Assembly: GCA_965205015.1 (NCBI GenBank)
Contig: OZ242029.1
Span: forward strand, 2,400,001-2,464,000
DNA length: 64,000 nucleotides
From: Candidatus Poribacteria bacterium
GTDB lineage: Bacteria > Poribacteria > WGA-4E > WGA-3G
Direction of reading: 5' to 3'
Each line of letters starts with the position of its first letter. Position 1 is the stretch's first letter. A model generated the notes under the pieces. The model searched no databases. It was given only the letters and a program-made list of their open reading frames with translations, and had not been told where the DNA came from. Positions 1 through 11,623 of this stretch are shown here, piece by piece. The position numbers and the translations under genes were made by a program.

Positions 1-303
1 ACAGATGCTGAGCGTACTGTTATACGACAAACCCCAAAGGCAGCGATGCCGAACCAATGGGTCGTTGAACTGAAAGCCGGTGACATTGTCTTTTACAACT
101 CAAGCCTGCTCCACAAAGGATGCAACCTTTCTGGGGCAAAACGGCAGACCCTCCACTATGCTGTTCTCACTGCACCTTCGGAAAATGAACCCTCAAATCT
201 ACAGAGTCCGACCAGTCAAGAATGGCTCGACGAACCCACTTTTTTAGGGAGCCTCCCCGAACGGCTCAAACCCCTCTTTGACAATTGGTTGAAATATGGG
301 TAA
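1..303 (+). CDS. Phytanoyl-CoA dioxygenase (PhyH)-like protein, 3' part (5' end outside window)
   Basis: Frame is open from base 1; 'VELKAGDIVFYNSSLLHKG..N.S...R' resembles the distal His region of PhyH-family 2OG-Fe(II) oxygenases. Confidence 0.6.
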   Translation, partial: TDAERTVIRQTPKAAMPNQWVVELKAGDIVFYNSSLLHKGCNLSGAKRQTLHYAVLTAPSENEPSNLQSPTSQEWLDEPTFLGSLPERLKPLFDNWLKYG

Positions 304-323
304 CCACAGCACCGGTTCTTTCT

Positions 324-347
324 GTAGGAGCGATCTCCTGGTCGCGA
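324..347 (+). repeat. GTAGG-type REP-like palindrome
   Basis: gtaggagcgatctcctggtcgcga; related copies at 28084-28107, 49104-49127 and 50800-50823, degenerate copies at ~37838 and ~42567; all intergenic. Confidence 0.7.
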
Positions 348-381
348 TTTTTATTTTCTTGAGAATTGAGGTAAATAAGCA

Positions 382-1110
382 CTAATCTCTGTGGCAAATC
401 ATCGCAGTAATCCAACAGAATCGCTTGAGGAATGGAAGGCATTTCAGGAAAGCTATATCAATCGCCTTGAGGATGCGAAGGCTCCACCGATAAAATAGTG
501 GAATAGAAATGCATTTCTGCCAGAATAGTGCACTCACTGCGGAGAGATGAAATTCACGGTGCTCCAACTGCTCAAATTCAGCACCGACGGTTTCAATGTC
601 CCTCACTGAAAAGTAGCGCAGTTTACCCGAATACTTCAGAAACATTTTTCGGTATAGCCACACCATCGGGTGATGGCGCATGTTTTCCATGAAGATCGCC
701 TTTCCCCCCGGTTTGAGAACGCGATAGCACTCTTTCGCAACGTGTTTATGATCCGTGAAAACCAATACGGATTTGGAAATGATAAAATCGAAGGTGTTAT
801 CGGGAAAGGCGAGATGCATCGCATCCATCAGTGCAAAATTAACCGCCTCAACGACGTTGTGTTCCGCTGCGCGCGCCTGCGCTTCAACGAGTCGAAAAGG
901 CAGTAAATCTATACCGACAACAGAGGCACCCCGTTTCGCCAGTAGCGTCGCAGTGCCACCAGTACCGGTACCGAGTTCCAGAACCTTTTTCCCTTCCAGA
1001 TTCCCCATTTTCGGGAGGACGTACTCGAAGATGGGAAGATAAAAATCTTCCCACCAGAGTAAAAGATCTGTTTCAACACTGGATTGTGTAGGCGCGAGTT
1101 TTACTTGCAA
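382..1110 (-). CDS. Class I SAM-dependent methyltransferase
   Basis: Motif I 'VLELGTGTG' and 'DAMHLAFPDNTFDFI..','RVLKPGGK'; the TTG start is uncertain because it abuts a repeat. Confidence 0.85.
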   Translation of the reverse strand: MQVKLAPTQSSVETDLLLWWEDFYLPIFEYVLPKMGNLEGKKVLELGTGTGGTATLLAKRGASVVGIDLLPFRLVEAQARAAEHNVVEAVNFALMDAMHLAFPDNTFDFIISKSVLVFTDHKHVAKECYRVLKPGGKAIFMENMRHHPMVWLYRKMFLKYSGKLRYFSVRDIETVGAEFEQLEHREFHLSAVSALFWQKCISIPLFYRWSLRILKAIDIAFLKCLPFLKRFCWITAMICHRD

Positions 1111-1116
1111 TTCTTA

Positions 1117-1216
1117 ACCAAAAACGCAGCTTGCAACAACGGCGCAAGCGGATATACAGAGAGGCGCGCACTCATAAAAAACCTACGTCGTTCTTCCGCA
1201 AGGTATAATTAAAAAA
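1117..1216 (+). repeat. Interspersed repeat family B (ends ccgcaaggtataattaaaa)
   Basis: Aligns by eye with 48163-48258, 46681-46869 and reverse copies 45501-45604 and 53236-53313. Confidence 0.65.
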
Positions 1217-1970
1217 TTTTCCCCATCTTTCGTAGATTTTCGATGCAGCGTTCAGCACATTCAATCGGCGGATAGGCGTAACTCTCTTGCTCAACAATGT
1301 ACCACTCTGTGCCACCGACAGTTTCACAGGCATCGAACACAGCCTCCCACGGAATCTCACCTTCACCGACGTTTGCCTTGTCATTCGTGGCGGAATACTC
1401 TTTCAGGTGTACCAATTTCGATCTACCGGGGTAGCGTTCAATATACGATACAGGGTCGGCACCGGCGCGAAGGGCATGACCAATGTCAATTTGCATCACG
1501 ACATCATCGCGGGTATTACCCCCGAATGTATCCCATGGCAGCTTACCTTCCATGGGTGTAAATTCACCCGTGTGATTGTGGTAACCCGTAAACATCTCCT
1601 GATCGGCGATTTTTTCAGCAATATCGTTGAAGAGTTTTGCTGTGTTAAGCCACGCTTGTTGTGAACCTTGATACTTCGCAGGGAGTCCGGGCACAATCAG
1701 ATACGGATTGCCGAGTTCCTTGTTGAACGCAACCGTTTTAGCGAGTTCATCGCCGAGAAGTGTATCTATCCCTGTATGCGTCCCGGCAACTTTCAATCCG
1801 AGGTCATCGCACATCCCGCGTAATTCTTCAGCAGTCCGATCATAGTAACCCGCAAACTCAACACCTTCATACCCCATCTGTGCGACGGCTTGGAGTGTTA
1901 AAGAGAGGTCGCCTGCACAATCGTCTCTGACGGAATACAGTTGTAGTGCAATTGGAATTCTATCGCTCAT
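1209..1970 (-). CDS. Sugar phosphate isomerase/epimerase (xylose isomerase-like TIM barrel)
   Basis: 'IALQLYSVRD','GYEGVEFAG','GYHNH..EF','HLKE','WYIVEQE'. Confidence 0.9.
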   Translation of the reverse strand: MSDRIPIALQLYSVRDDCAGDLSLTLQAVAQMGYEGVEFAGYYDRTAEELRGMCDDLGLKVAGTHTGIDTLLGDELAKTVAFNKELGNPYLIVPGLPAKYQGSQQAWLNTAKLFNDIAEKIADQEMFTGYHNHTGEFTPMEGKLPWDTFGGNTRDDVVMQIDIGHALRAGADPVSYIERYPGRSKLVHLKEYSATNDKANVGEGEIPWEAVFDACETVGGTEWYIVEQESYAYPPIECAERCIENLRKMGKIF

Positions 1971-2023
1971 AAAGTTCTCCTGACGTTCCTATGGGTGTTG
2001 TCTGAAACCGCACCCGTCATACG

Positions 2024-3043
2024 TTACGACATCGGCAAGTTAACGACCTGCCCACTATCTGCCGACACCAATCCCGCCTCAAGAATTTCTTGGGCATCTC
2101 GGCTCACCTTGGCATTACAGAGTCCTTCGATCGCTTCCCCTGTCTCTAAACAGTGGATGAGGTATTCCGCAGCGTTGCGTCTACCCGCTGCGAGTGGTTC
2201 AGGGGTGACGACTTCAGCATCACCATTTGCTGGGTGCAGGTGAACTTCGTTACCGCTTACCATGAGCGCACCCTCAGTGCCATAGACGACTGGATTCGGT
2301 GTGATATAACCGACCTTTTGAGTCCAAGAGGCTTCCGTGAGTCCGAAGGCGTTACCGTATTTCATGAGGATAACGGCGTTGTCGTCAGGGATTGGGTAAT
2401 CTTTGACGAAGGTACCGCGGAACGCCGTTACCTGCTGTGGCAGCCCGAGGAGGTAGGCGCACATATCAGCGCAATAGCAGCAGTAATCCATCAACGCGCC
2501 TGCCCCATTCTTCTCTTCATCGTAGAGCCACTCATAGAAGTAGCGGGAGCACCCGATCTCCATCGGTCCGTTGTGTGCGGAACGCCACTTGAAATAGAAA
2601 ACGTCGCCAATTGCCCCGTCTTTGATGAGGTTCATTGCAGTGTTGAGCGGTGGACTCCATGCTGTGGGCCAATTCACCATCAATACGATACCGGCGTTCT
2701 CCGCTGCGGCAAGCATCCGATCCGCTTGCGAGAGTCGTGCCGCCATCGGCTTTTCGGATACGACGTGGATACCTTTTGCCGCTGCTGCCTCGACAATGTC
2801 GGCCCCCGCATTGTTCTCTGCTGCCGCTTGAACAATATCTAATTCCTCTTTCTCCACCATTTCTTGCCAAGAGTTATAGACGTTCTCGATACCGACTTCT
2901 GCGCTGAATTGGGCGCGTAATTCCGCGTTGACATCACCTGCGGCGACAATTTCAACGTTCGGATGTGCCTTCCAGTGGCGAAGTTCGCCCCATACATGAT
3001 CGTGCACGAGGGATGCGAAGCCGACGCGATACGTTTTTGCCAT
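2024..3043 (-). CDS. Gfo/Idh/MocA family oxidoreductase
   Basis: 'HVVSEKPMA' and 'GAGALMDYCCY' motifs. Confidence 0.9.
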   Translation of the reverse strand: MAKTYRVGFASLVHDHVWGELRHWKAHPNVEIVAAGDVNAELRAQFSAEVGIENVYNSWQEMVEKEELDIVQAAAENNAGADIVEAAAAKGIHVVSEKPMAARLSQADRMLAAAENAGIVLMVNWPTAWSPPLNTAMNLIKDGAIGDVFYFKWRSAHNGPMEIGCSRYFYEWLYDEEKNGAGALMDYCCYCADMCAYLLGLPQQVTAFRGTFVKDYPIPDDNAVILMKYGNAFGLTEASWTQKVGYITPNPVVYGTEGALMVSGNEVHLHPANGDAEVVTPEPLAAGRRNAAEYLIHCLETGEAIEGLCNAKVSRDAQEILEAGLVSADSGQVVNLPMS

Positions 3044-3119
3044 TAATTATGCCTCCTATGCGCGTGATACCAGCGCACGGTGTATGTGCGCTTAAAACGC
3101 ACGATTTTTTTGAATTTGT

Positions 3120-4172
3120 TTACTCTTCGGCTCGAACCGCGATTTTAATCGCTGTTTCACCCTTAATACGGTAGTCCCCATTGAGTGCATGAAAACCATC
3201 TGCGACCCGTGAGAGCGGGAGTTGATGGCTAATCATGTCGGCGAAGGGTAAGTTGCTCTGTTCAAGGAGGGGTAAGCCGCGGACAAAGTGTTCGTAGCTG
3301 CTTCCCCAGATAGCCTCCACACGCAGATTTTTACGCATCAGTAATTGGTTAATGTTGAAGTCAATGGACCCCATATCCACAAAGTGCCCCACCTCAACAA
3401 AAGTACCACTCCGTCGGGTGTACCCTAATCCTTCCGGCGTTGCAGGCAGAAAACCGGCACATTCAAAAACGACATCCGCCCCCTCTTTACGGGGTGTTTC
3501 CGCTTTCACGAGTTCAGTCCGTTCCTCGACGGAAGTGACGTCCTCAATGTTAATTGTTACGTCGGCACCGAGGCGTTTGGCGAGTTCTAATCGTCCAGCA
3601 GGTCCGCCGACCATAATTGCTTTTGCGGCACCGCTCAATTTCGCACACGCGAGCGTCACAAGTCCGATAGCACCGGAACCTTGCACAACGACGGTATCCC
3701 CCAGTTTTATCTCACCCCGCATTGCGGCATGAACACCGATAGTGAACGGCTCTGTGAGCACAGCAACCTCAGGCGACGCATCGGTTTTCATGAAGCACGT
3801 GTTTGGATAGTTGAGATACATATAATCCGCAAACCCACCACGAAAGTGTGGTGCCTCATCTGGATTCCACTGAAAGCCGTAAGCACCGTAGTTTGTTCCG
3901 GGCGCGAAGATAACCCGGTCTCCCTCTTTAACTGATTTGCCCACATAGTCTGTTTCCACACCTGTCCCGAGTGCTTCAATGATACCGACGTTCTCATGTC
4001 CGAGTAAAACTTCTTGTTGGAAACCGTTCTGCCAGTTGTGAAGGTCCGTTCCGCAGATCCCTGCTAACTCCTGACGAAGCAGCACTGTGTTAGGTTCAGG
4101 TTCCGGGACCGGATATTCGCGAATTTCAAAATCTTGACCACAAGCGACGACAGCTCTCCCTGTCCGGCTCAT
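3120..4172 (-). CDS. Zinc-binding (MDR) alcohol dehydrogenase family protein
   Basis: 'GICGTDLH','LGHE.VG','VVQGSGAIGL'; the structural-Zn Cys cluster is absent. Confidence 0.9.
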   Translation of the reverse strand: MSRTGRAVVACGQDFEIREYPVPEPEPNTVLLRQELAGICGTDLHNWQNGFQQEVLLGHENVGIIEALGTGVETDYVGKSVKEGDRVIFAPGTNYGAYGFQWNPDEAPHFRGGFADYMYLNYPNTCFMKTDASPEVAVLTEPFTIGVHAAMRGEIKLGDTVVVQGSGAIGLVTLACAKLSGAAKAIMVGGPAGRLELAKRLGADVTINIEDVTSVEERTELVKAETPRKEGADVVFECAGFLPATPEGLGYTRRSGTFVEVGHFVDMGSIDFNINQLLMRKNLRVEAIWGSSYEHFVRGLPLLEQSNLPFADMISHQLPLSRVADGFHALNGDYRIKGETAIKIAVRAEE

Positions 4173-4236
4173 ATTTGGTTCTCCTTAGGTTCATTTTTGG
4201 GTAGCGCGCGTTATTGCACACTACCCTTAGTTTTGT

Positions 4237-4521
4237 TCATACATATCTCCGTTTCTTTCGGGAGATAAGCACAATAACAATAATCGCGACAATCGTAATT
4301 GGCAACCAGAATGCTTCAAAAATTTCCCAGAAAAAGTTAAATCCGATCCACAGTAGGACTTCAATCCCGACGATAAGGGCTGTTTTGTTCCACGGAAAGT
4401 CGGCACTGTACTGTTTTTTTAACCGACTGGCATATATCCACGAGACCACCAAAGTCCCAACAATAGCGACGAAAAATAGAAGATTGACGAGCCCTTGTAT
4501 GCCGTTTAAGATGCTTAACAT
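4237..4521 (-). CDS. Small hypothetical membrane protein (about 3 TM helices)
   Basis: ATG at 4521 preceded by GGAG; hydrophobic stretches and basic C-terminus. Confidence 0.6.
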   Translation of the reverse strand: MLSILNGIQGLVNLLFFVAIVGTLVVSWIYASRLKKQYSADFPWNKTALIVGIEVLLWIGFNFFWEIFEAFWLPITIVAIIVIVLISRKKRRYV

Positions 4522-4638
4522 GAGAATTTCACTCCTTTGTAGCAGGGCTTTGTAAGCCCAAATTCCTTTTATCCCTATAGAGACGCGGCATCCCAAAAAG
4601 ATAGCAAAAACTACCCGACGCTCCTTTTCATTTTTTTG

Positions 4639-5475
4639 CTATTCAGAATGAACACGTTCTGGGCAACTATAGACTGCCATGCTCTGCCCCCGCATGAAAC
4701 CTATTAACGTGAGGTTCCCCTCTTTGGCAAGATCTACGGCGAGTGTAGATGCCGCGGAGACAGCGGCGATAATCGGGATACGTGCAAAAAGTGCTTTCTG
4801 GACGATTTCAAAACTGGCGCGTCCGCTCACCATCAGAATATGTTGCTCAAGCGGGACCAAGCCAGCGAGTAACGCGTGTCCAATCACTTTATCGACAGCG
4901 TTGTGTCTACCTATGTCTTCTCTGATAATTAGGAGTTCACCCTTTTCGTCGAATAACCCAGCGGCGTGGAGTCCACCCGTTCTTTCAAAAACGGATTGTG
5001 CTTTTCTTAACCGATCATTGAGTTTATAGAACACTTCTTGATTGACATGGAACCTTGAGTTCAACGGCGACACCTGCTGTCTAACGGATTCAATCGTCAT
5101 TTTGCCACAGAGTCCGCAGCTCGCATTTGCGTGAAAATTCCGCTGCCACCCCGATTCGGCATCAAGGTCCAGTTCCTCCGTCAGACGAACGTTGACGATA
5201 TTCTGCAACGATGATAAACCCGCAGGCTGCGTTTCAGACGGGTCTTCATCGCAGTAGGCAATAATTTCGATATCATCACCAGAGGCGATGAGGCTTTCCG
5301 TATAGAGAAAACCCGCGGCGAGTTCAAAATCGTGTCCGGGGGTCCGCATCACAACGATTAAACTCTGTTGTCCCACCCGAATCTCAAGTGGTTCTTCAAC
5401 AACCAATACGTCTTCGACCTCGGTGGGTTCAGTAGCTGCCCAACGCGTAATAAGTTTTGTGGATGTCGGTTCCAT
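4639..5475 (-). CDS. fdhD: Formate dehydrogenase accessory sulfurtransferase FdhD
   Basis: 'EEPLEI','MRTPGHDFELAAGFL','SCGLCG','TGGLHAA','REDIGRHNAVDK','SGRASFE'. Confidence 0.95.
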   Translation of the reverse strand: MEPTSTKLITRWAATEPTEVEDVLVVEEPLEIRVGQQSLIVVMRTPGHDFELAAGFLYTESLIASGDDIEIIAYCDEDPSETQPAGLSSLQNIVNVRLTEELDLDAESGWQRNFHANASCGLCGKMTIESVRQQVSPLNSRFHVNQEVFYKLNDRLRKAQSVFERTGGLHAAGLFDEKGELLIIREDIGRHNAVDKVIGHALLAGLVPLEQHILMVSGRASFEIVQKALFARIPIIAAVSAASTLAVDLAKEGNLTLIGFMRGQSMAVYSCPERVHSE

Positions 5476-5513
5476 TTTTTTAATTTCCGTGCCTAAACGT
5501 TCACGCAGACATT

Positions 5514-7559
5514 TTATTCAGCGTTCATGGTTGCTAAGCCATTAGAAGTTGCTAACCATACTCTATTGTTCACTACGACGAGAGACCCTACTATTAATTC
5601 GCCCGTGAGTATCTGGGGTGTCGTTGTGTACTCCCATACATCGGCAGAGCGCGTGTGATGTGTGTACAGGTCTTTATTCGTCGCTATCCACAGGACCAAC
5701 GGAATTTGTGGCGCGGGGGGAGGGGGTTCAATTTCTGACCCTTCTGTTTCTGATGGAAATTCGGATATTGTCGGTTCCGGTGTTTCTTCCGGTACTGCTT
5801 CAGGTTCTTTTTTGGCTATCGGTGAAGTGTCCAGAGCGCCTCTGATGTAGATGTTTCTTAAGTCGTTTTCATTTTCTATGCCGGTGCCAAGTGTCGTCGA
5901 TTTTCCATTGCTACCATCCATGTCTGCTCGAAAGTAACCGTTGGATTTTTCATCGGCATTGAACCATGTAAAGAGCAACTGCTCTTCTGCAATATCAAGT
6001 CCTACAACCTTCATGCCCGCTCGGATTTCTGTAGAGTGATAGGAGTCCCACTCCTCTTTTTCCCGGTCGAACATGATGACATCTCCTGCTGCGGAAGTGC
6101 TCCAAATCGTTTGAGGCGTTAGCAACAGGGTCTCGATATCGTTTGCTGGTAGGAGACTGTTGTGGGTATTGTAATAGAGAAAAGGGTCGACGCTTCCGCG
6201 GATCCGCCGTATGATTCCGGTATCTGTGGCGAACCAAATCTCCGCTTCATCCATTTTAATGTCCTTAATCCAGGCAGGGAATCCTTCTGCTGGGGAATAG
6301 TTTATGATTTTGCCCGTTAGGTGGCTGTAGTGGATCGCGCCTTGGGAACGCGTGCCAATCCACGCTTCTTGCGAGTTTGCTGCGACGGCTGTAACATCCG
6401 GCACATTTCCCAAAGCCGTGTTAATAAGTTCGGCGATGGGTTCAAACGGTATCCATTTGTCAAACGCAGTCTCGAATAGCATTATCCCTTTTGGTGTACC
6501 TATCCATAACCGTGTGTCATCGGTTGTCATGGCTTGGATGTGGTTGTCGGGGAGCCCATTGGCATCGGTGTAAACCGTCCATTTTGTCTGATCCAGAATC
6601 TGTTTCGCGCGTTCTTTTATCTTTTCATCTCCGCTAATCTCGCTGACGTGGATTGCTTCATTCGCAGCCGCTTCCAGTCTCCCCAGTTTCAAATTGACAG
6701 CCGCTCGGATGAGGTGTGCCTCATAGATCCACTCACTTTCCGAATAGCGCGTAACAAATCTGTCTAAGGTATGCAGTGCATTTTCCAACTGCTCCATATC
6801 CGCTCGCAACTTTCCAATCAGGAAAAGTGCTTTTTCGTGGTACGCCGTGTCGGGATGATCTTGGATTGCAGCTTCGAGAAGGGATAATCCGGCACTGGGG
6901 TCCGCCAGTTGTTCGATGAGCAGAAATCCAGTCTGATATTTCAACCCGGATACGTCTGGATGATCCGGATAATAGGTGAGAATGAGTTGGTAGCTATCCA
7001 CTGCTACATCGTAAGCCTCGTTAGCGAAGGCAATATCCCCAAGTTCATGAAAGAGTGGAACAAGATCGAAACTTGGAGCATCAAGGATGGCTACAAAACG
7101 AAATCGTTCCAATGCGTTCGCATTGTCACCATTTGCTTTGTAAAGTAATCCGAGTTGGTAGTGCGCATCTGGGTATTTCGGAAATTCTTCAATAGCGGCT
7201 TCAAATTGTTTTTTGGCGTTTTTGGGAAGTCCTAACTCCAGGAGTGTAAGTCCATTGTGAAAATGCTTTGCGGCGATTCGGTCCGGAACATGTGTCAAAT
7301 CTGACGTAAACTTGAGGGTGTGACCTGCCAATGGAAGTTGTAAAATCTGCCCGTTGTACTCAATCTCAAAATGGGTGTCGGTGCCTCCGCGCCAATGCCC
7401 GGTGAGTCTATCGCCGTTTTCATTGTCCACAATGACATATTGTTGGCTATAGGAAAAGTGCTGGAAAACGAATAGGAGGGTTGATGCTATCAATGTAAAT
7501 AGACAGTAAACGTTTTGTTTTTTAATCTGTATGTTTTTTATGCGTTTCTGATGCAACAT
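5514..7559 (-). CDS. Exported TPR-repeat protein with C-terminal beta-propeller (Reg_prop-like) repeats
   Basis: N-terminal hydrophobic segment, TPR-like 'DAHYQLGLLY','ALFLIGK', then 'GLPDNHIQAM...LWIGT' repeats. Confidence 0.75.
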   Translation of the reverse strand: MLHQKRIKNIQIKKQNVYCLFTLIASTLLFVFQHFSYSQQYVIVDNENGDRLTGHWRGGTDTHFEIEYNGQILQLPLAGHTLKFTSDLTHVPDRIAAKHFHNGLTLLELGLPKNAKKQFEAAIEEFPKYPDAHYQLGLLYKANGDNANALERFRFVAILDAPSFDLVPLFHELGDIAFANEAYDVAVDSYQLILTYYPDHPDVSGLKYQTGFLLIEQLADPSAGLSLLEAAIQDHPDTAYHEKALFLIGKLRADMEQLENALHTLDRFVTRYSESEWIYEAHLIRAAVNLKLGRLEAAANEAIHVSEISGDEKIKERAKQILDQTKWTVYTDANGLPDNHIQAMTTDDTRLWIGTPKGIMLFETAFDKWIPFEPIAELINTALGNVPDVTAVAANSQEAWIGTRSQGAIHYSHLTGKIINYSPAEGFPAWIKDIKMDEAEIWFATDTGIIRRIRGSVDPFLYYNTHNSLLPANDIETLLLTPQTIWSTSAAGDVIMFDREKEEWDSYHSTEIRAGMKVVGLDIAEEQLLFTWFNADEKSNGYFRADMDGSNGKSTTLGTGIENENDLRNIYIRGALDTSPIAKKEPEAVPEETPEPTISEFPSETEGSEIEPPPPAPQIPLVLWIATNKDLYTHHTRSADVWEYTTTPQILTGELIVGSLVVVNNRVWLATSNGLATMNAE

Positions 7560-7738
7560 AATTTGCTTACCTTCAAAATGTCTGTTGATTAATATAGGGT
7601 TATAATATCAGAAAGACCCAGAAAAGTCAAGGAAGTTTGAGGCACGTTCAGCCCCTCAATGCCATCTTGCTGACTGTTGAAAATCGAGTACCTCTGTACT
7701 TGATATCGAATCGACTATCCGTTATAATAGTACCTGTC

Positions 7739-10129
7739 ATGAACGAAATCGCACTTCCAATTACAGAATTAAAAGAGACGTTCCAGGGGACAATCGTAGC
7801 AGGTCCTGTGGTGGTTGTAGCACCGACCGGTAGTGGAAAATCGACACAAATTCCGTCGTGGTGTGCTGAACTATCGGATGCCCCAGTACTTGTTGTTGAA
7901 CCGAGGCGCGTCGCCTGCCGTTCGCTTGCCCGGTGGGTCGCGAAACAGCGCGGCGAACCGTTAGGACGTTCCGTCGGTTATACGGTCCGTTTTGAAGACG
8001 TTGGCTCCGACGCTTTAACCCGCATCCGTTTCGTCACACCTGGTGTCGCTTTGCGGTATGCTGCAGGGTCGGAGTTGGATCAATACGGAACCATCATCTT
8101 GGACGAATTCCATGAACGCGGTGTGGAGACGGATCTCTTTCTCGCGATATGCCGGAAAAAACGACGTGATGCGAGGCTCGTTATTATGTCTGCTACGATA
8201 GCCGCGCAGCATCTCGCGCAGTTTATGGGGGGGCGGGTGCTACGGGCGGAGGGACGTGTCTATCCCGTCGCGGTGCGGTATCTCGGTGGGACAGTCGTCC
8301 CGACATCCGATGATTTAGTAAAACGTATTGAAAAGGGCGTTAAGCGGGCACTCAAAGAGACCACCGGAAATGTTTTGGTTTTCCTACCGGGGAAGGGTGA
8401 GATTAATGAATGCCACGACGCACTTCGTAAGATGCGACACATCGAGATTGTTCCACTACACGGAGATCTACCCCCCGATGCACAGGATATAGCTTTCGAG
8501 ACGCAATCCCAACACCGTCGTGTTATTCTCGCAACCAACGTCGCTGAGACATCGATTACACTTCCCGGTGTCACTGCCGTCGTAGATACAGGTTTAGTGC
8601 GTCAGCGTATCCATCAGAACCGGCGCATCGTTTTAGCCTTACGTCCGATCTCTCAAGCGTCAGCAGAGCAGCGTCGCGGACGAGCCGGTCGCCTCGGACC
8701 GGGAATCTGCTATAGACTCTGGGAGGAACGGGGTCAACTTGAACAGGAAACACTGCCAGAGGTGCGGCGGGAGGATTTGACGCAATTTGTGCTTACAGTC
8801 GCTTCGACCGGCTTTCGTCCACAGGATTTGACGTTTCTCGATGCGCCGCCCGACTTCGCAGTGGAACGTGCGCAAACTGCGTTGAAAAGTTGGGGTGTCC
8901 TCTCTGATGATGGCATGCTCACAGCGGAAGGCGCGAAGATCTGCGCGTTGCCTGTCAATCCACTGCATGCCCGGCTGCTCGTAAAAGCTCCACCCTCTCT
9001 CCGACGCGATCTGATCGATTTGATTGCCACTCTGGAACGTCCCGCCCCGTTATGGCAGCGTATGGCACGTATGCCGATTGAAAAGCAGGAGGCTGTTCAG
9101 ACTGCACGCCAGAAAGACCTATTTCGCGACGGATGCGATGCCACGACGGCGATCCGAACGTTACGCTGCGGCGATGAGAAACGCCATCATCTCCATAGAA
9201 CCGCCATTGCCGAGTGCCGCAGGATCGCGACGCAGCTCAGGACGTTCTTTCAATTGCCACCTGTGATGCAAGAAAGCGCATCGCCGCAACCTGACCGAGC
9301 CGCGCTGATTGCTTATCTTTTACGGGAGTGGGACGCTTCTGCTTACGTCCGCAGACGAAAGGGGAAGGCATGGGGAAACGGACAGGAGGAGGTTTTGCTT
9401 GATTCCGATTCATTGCTGCCGGAAGGACAGCCCGCCGCGCTGATCTTGGAAACCGTTGGTGTTGGCAAAGGCACACGCGTTCAATTGCTCGGACGCGCTG
9501 CCATGCCTTGCGCTTTCGCCGCCCTCGTCGATGCTGGGATTGGCACTTCACACCTTGCTGCACCCAGAGTGGAGGGTGAAGACATTGTTGCGGAGGTGGT
9601 AACCGAGTATGCAGGAAGAGAGATCGGACGCGAACGTCGTCCTCTCCACGGGGCATTGCTGAGAGAGGCACTGGCATCCGTCATTCTTTCGGGAGATCTG
9701 TTCCCCGGCGTTGCGGAACACCTCACACGAGCGATTGGGGCGTGGCAACTGCAGTGTGCCCTCAATCCTGATGCGCCTCCCGCGGAAACCGCAGATGTGA
9801 CACCCCACACATGGTTGGTCTCGCGACTCGCGCTGTTGGGTGTTGAAGTCGCAGAGGAATGCCAACTCCTCTCTCCAGATGATCTCATATTTACTGAGAT
9901 AGACACCGACACCATCACTGAAATTGAAGCGCAATATCCGAAAGAATTCTCTGTCAACGGTGCTAAATTCGATGTAGAATACAATCCCGCCCAAAAATTG
10001 GTGACGTTGCGATGGCAGCGCGGTATCCGTCAACCCACATTGAGTACAGTCCTGCTACCCCGCTGGAACAATTGGAAAGTCCAAGTTGACCTCCGGGGGC
10101 AGCTGCGGACGGTGCGTCCCCCTTCTTAA
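7739..10129 (+). CDS. hrpB: DEAH-box ATP-dependent helicase, HrpB-like
   Basis: 'APTGSGKST','LDEFHER','MSAT','LVFLPG','[10 protein letters not shown]','QRRGRAGR'; ATG at 7739 preferred to the TTG at 7637. Confidence 0.8.
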   Translation: MNEIALPITELKETFQGTIVAGPVVVVAPTGSGKSTQIPSWCAELSDAPVLVVEPRRVACRSLARWVAKQRGEPLGRSVGYTVRFEDVGSDALTRIRFVTPGVALRYAAGSELDQYGTIILDEFHERGVETDLFLAICRKKRRDARLVIMSATIAAQHLAQFMGGRVLRAEGRVYPVAVRYLGGTVVPTSDDLVKRIEKGVKRALKETTGNVLVFLPGKGEINECHDALRKMRHIEIVPLHGDLPPDAQDIAFETQSQHRRVILATNVAETSITLPGVTAVVDTGLVRQRIHQNRRIVLALRPISQASAEQRRGRAGRLGPGICYRLWEERGQLEQETLPEVRREDLTQFVLTVASTGFRPQDLTFLDAPPDFAVERAQTALKSWGVLSDDGMLTAEGAKICALPVNPLHARLLVKAPPSLRRDLIDLIATLERPAPLWQRMARMPIEKQEAVQTARQKDLFRDGCDATTAIRTLRCGDEKRHHLHRTAIAECRRIATQLRTFFQLPPVMQESASPQPDRAALIAYLLREWDASAYVRRRKGKAWGNGQEEVLLDSDSLLPEGQPAALILETVGVGKGTRVQLLGRAAMPCAFAALVDAGIGTSHLAAPRVEGEDIVAEVVTEYAGREIGRERRPLHGALLREALASVILSGDLFPGVAEHLTRAIGAWQLQCALNPDAPPAETADVTPHTWLVSRLALLGVEVAEECQLLSPDDLIFTEIDTDTITEIEAQYPKEFSVNGAKFDVEYNPAQKLVTLRWQRGIRQPTLSTVLLPRWNNWKVQVDLRGQLRTVRPPS

Positions 10130-11088
10130 TCCGCTTTCATTTTTCCCCAGACTGTGGTAAGCAACTGCGGTTGCGGTGCAACAGGCAACGTCACAAATGC
10201 TGGATTGAACCAAGAGGGTGCAATGTTTAAACCACGACGCGTCAGTTGTTTTTTCCGTCGAGTCTGCAAATCAATTGTGACAATTTGACGATCCCCGTCT
10301 ACGACTTCCTCCGCATAAACCAGCTTTTCGCCATCGGGTGACCACGTCGGCTGAAAGATACCCAGCACAGGTTTACCAATTTGCTTCAATCCGCTCCCAT
10401 CGCGATTTGCAACATGAATTGTGTCCCTACCGCCCAGACCCCATTTTAACCAAGAAAACGCCAGTTTTTTCCCATCTGGGGACCACGCCGGACTGTACAT
10501 CCACGACGCTTCATTCGGTAGAAACGTTCGTTTTTTCCGAGAACGGAGTTCCGCAATGTATATCCGACGACTATGTGCGCCAGCAACGAACGCGATCTCC
10601 TCTCCATCGGGGGACCACGAGGGATTACCACCCTGCACCTCCGCCAAAGCCACCTGAACGCCACCGATACCGTGTATCGTCCCGGTTTGGATGCTCCATT
10701 GCGGCATTTCCGCATGATAAACAATCCTTTGTCCATCCGGTGCCCACGTCGGTTCTCTTCTCTGTGCTTTTTTCTTAAAAACCCGTCGCACATTTCGTCC
10801 ATCCGCATCCATCAGAAAGATATCGCGGAGGCCGTCACGGTTAGAAACAAAAAGAATGTGCTCACCTGTCGGAGACCAAACAGGACCGTAATCTCCTGCG
10901 TTATTTCGGGTGAGTTGCTCTTGTTGACTTCCATCAGGGTTCATAATATAGATCTCCCAATTCCCACTACGGTTCGATGAAAACGCGATTTTCTCAGTTT
11001 TCGGAGCTTTTGCCAAAACCTGACCTATATGCGTGAACACCACTACTAAACTGACACAGCAAAAAGTAAAGATACGTCCGCCCTTCAT
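10126..11088 (-). CDS. Exported TolB-like PD40 beta-propeller protein with C-terminal TWG-type tag
   Basis: Signal peptide, repeated 'P.WSPDG', ends [20 protein letters not shown]. Confidence 0.85.
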   Translation of the reverse strand: MKGGRIFTFCCVSLVVVFTHIGQVLAKAPKTEKIAFSSNRSGNWEIYIMNPDGSQQEQLTRNNAGDYGPVWSPTGEHILFVSNRDGLRDIFLMDADGRNVRRVFKKKAQRREPTWAPDGQRIVYHAEMPQWSIQTGTIHGIGGVQVALAEVQGGNPSWSPDGEEIAFVAGAHSRRIYIAELRSRKKRTFLPNEASWMYSPAWSPDGKKLAFSWLKWGLGGRDTIHVANRDGSGLKQIGKPVLGIFQPTWSPDGEKLVYAEEVVDGDRQIVTIDLQTRRKKQLTRRGLNIAPSWFNPAFVTLPVAPQPQLLTTVWGKMKAD

Positions 11089-11161
11089 AAAATTTTCTCT
11101 CCTGAAATATAGCACTGATAGTGTATTCGTCTTGTATTTTCATCTACCGCCTTTGCGGTCA

Positions 11162-11536
11162 TTACCACGCTTCAGTTTTGCGTCGGTAATCTATTTTATA
11201 TATAGTGCCGACACTGTTCACGTAGACATAGGTATGATAATAATCATCGCGTCCGGTAGCCGTTTCTCCCAATGCCGCTAATAGATTGACAACAATCTCA
11301 GCTTGTGACTCAATGTCATAAACGAAAGTATGCCTATAGTTACCTTGACCTATGGGCGTTGACTGTTTCGGATCGGGGTTTTCCTCCAGAAATTCTTCAA
11401 AGGATTTGTCCAACCAAGGACTATAGAAAGTTTCAACACCTTGATCATGTTCGACAGTGTGTGTCGCACAACCGATTACTGTGAGTATAAGCACACAAAC
11501 GATAGACAAGACCGTGTATTCAAATCTGCAATTCAT
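11162..11536 (-). CDS. Hypothetical lipoprotein
   Basis: GGAGG RBS; lipobox-like 'VIGC'. Confidence 0.65.
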   Translation of the reverse strand: MNCRFEYTVLSIVCVLILTVIGCATHTVEHDQGVETFYSPWLDKSFEEFLEENPDPKQSTPIGQGNYRHTFVYDIESQAEIVVNLLAALGETATGRDDYYHTYVYVNSVGTIYKIDYRRKTEAW

Positions 11537-11623
11537 GGGTTCCTCCTTGGTAGTGAGGTCCGTAACCTCTTGGGTAGTTGTATAAAAGCCTTCGTTTGTA
11601 CCTGTCTTTAGATGTTGCCCGAA

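Noticed and set aside
2153-2842. Long antisense/overlapping ORFs (also 54625-55314, 30513-31133, 50175-50789, 33667-34203 and others)
   Set aside because: Shadow frames of well-supported genes with no recognisable motifs
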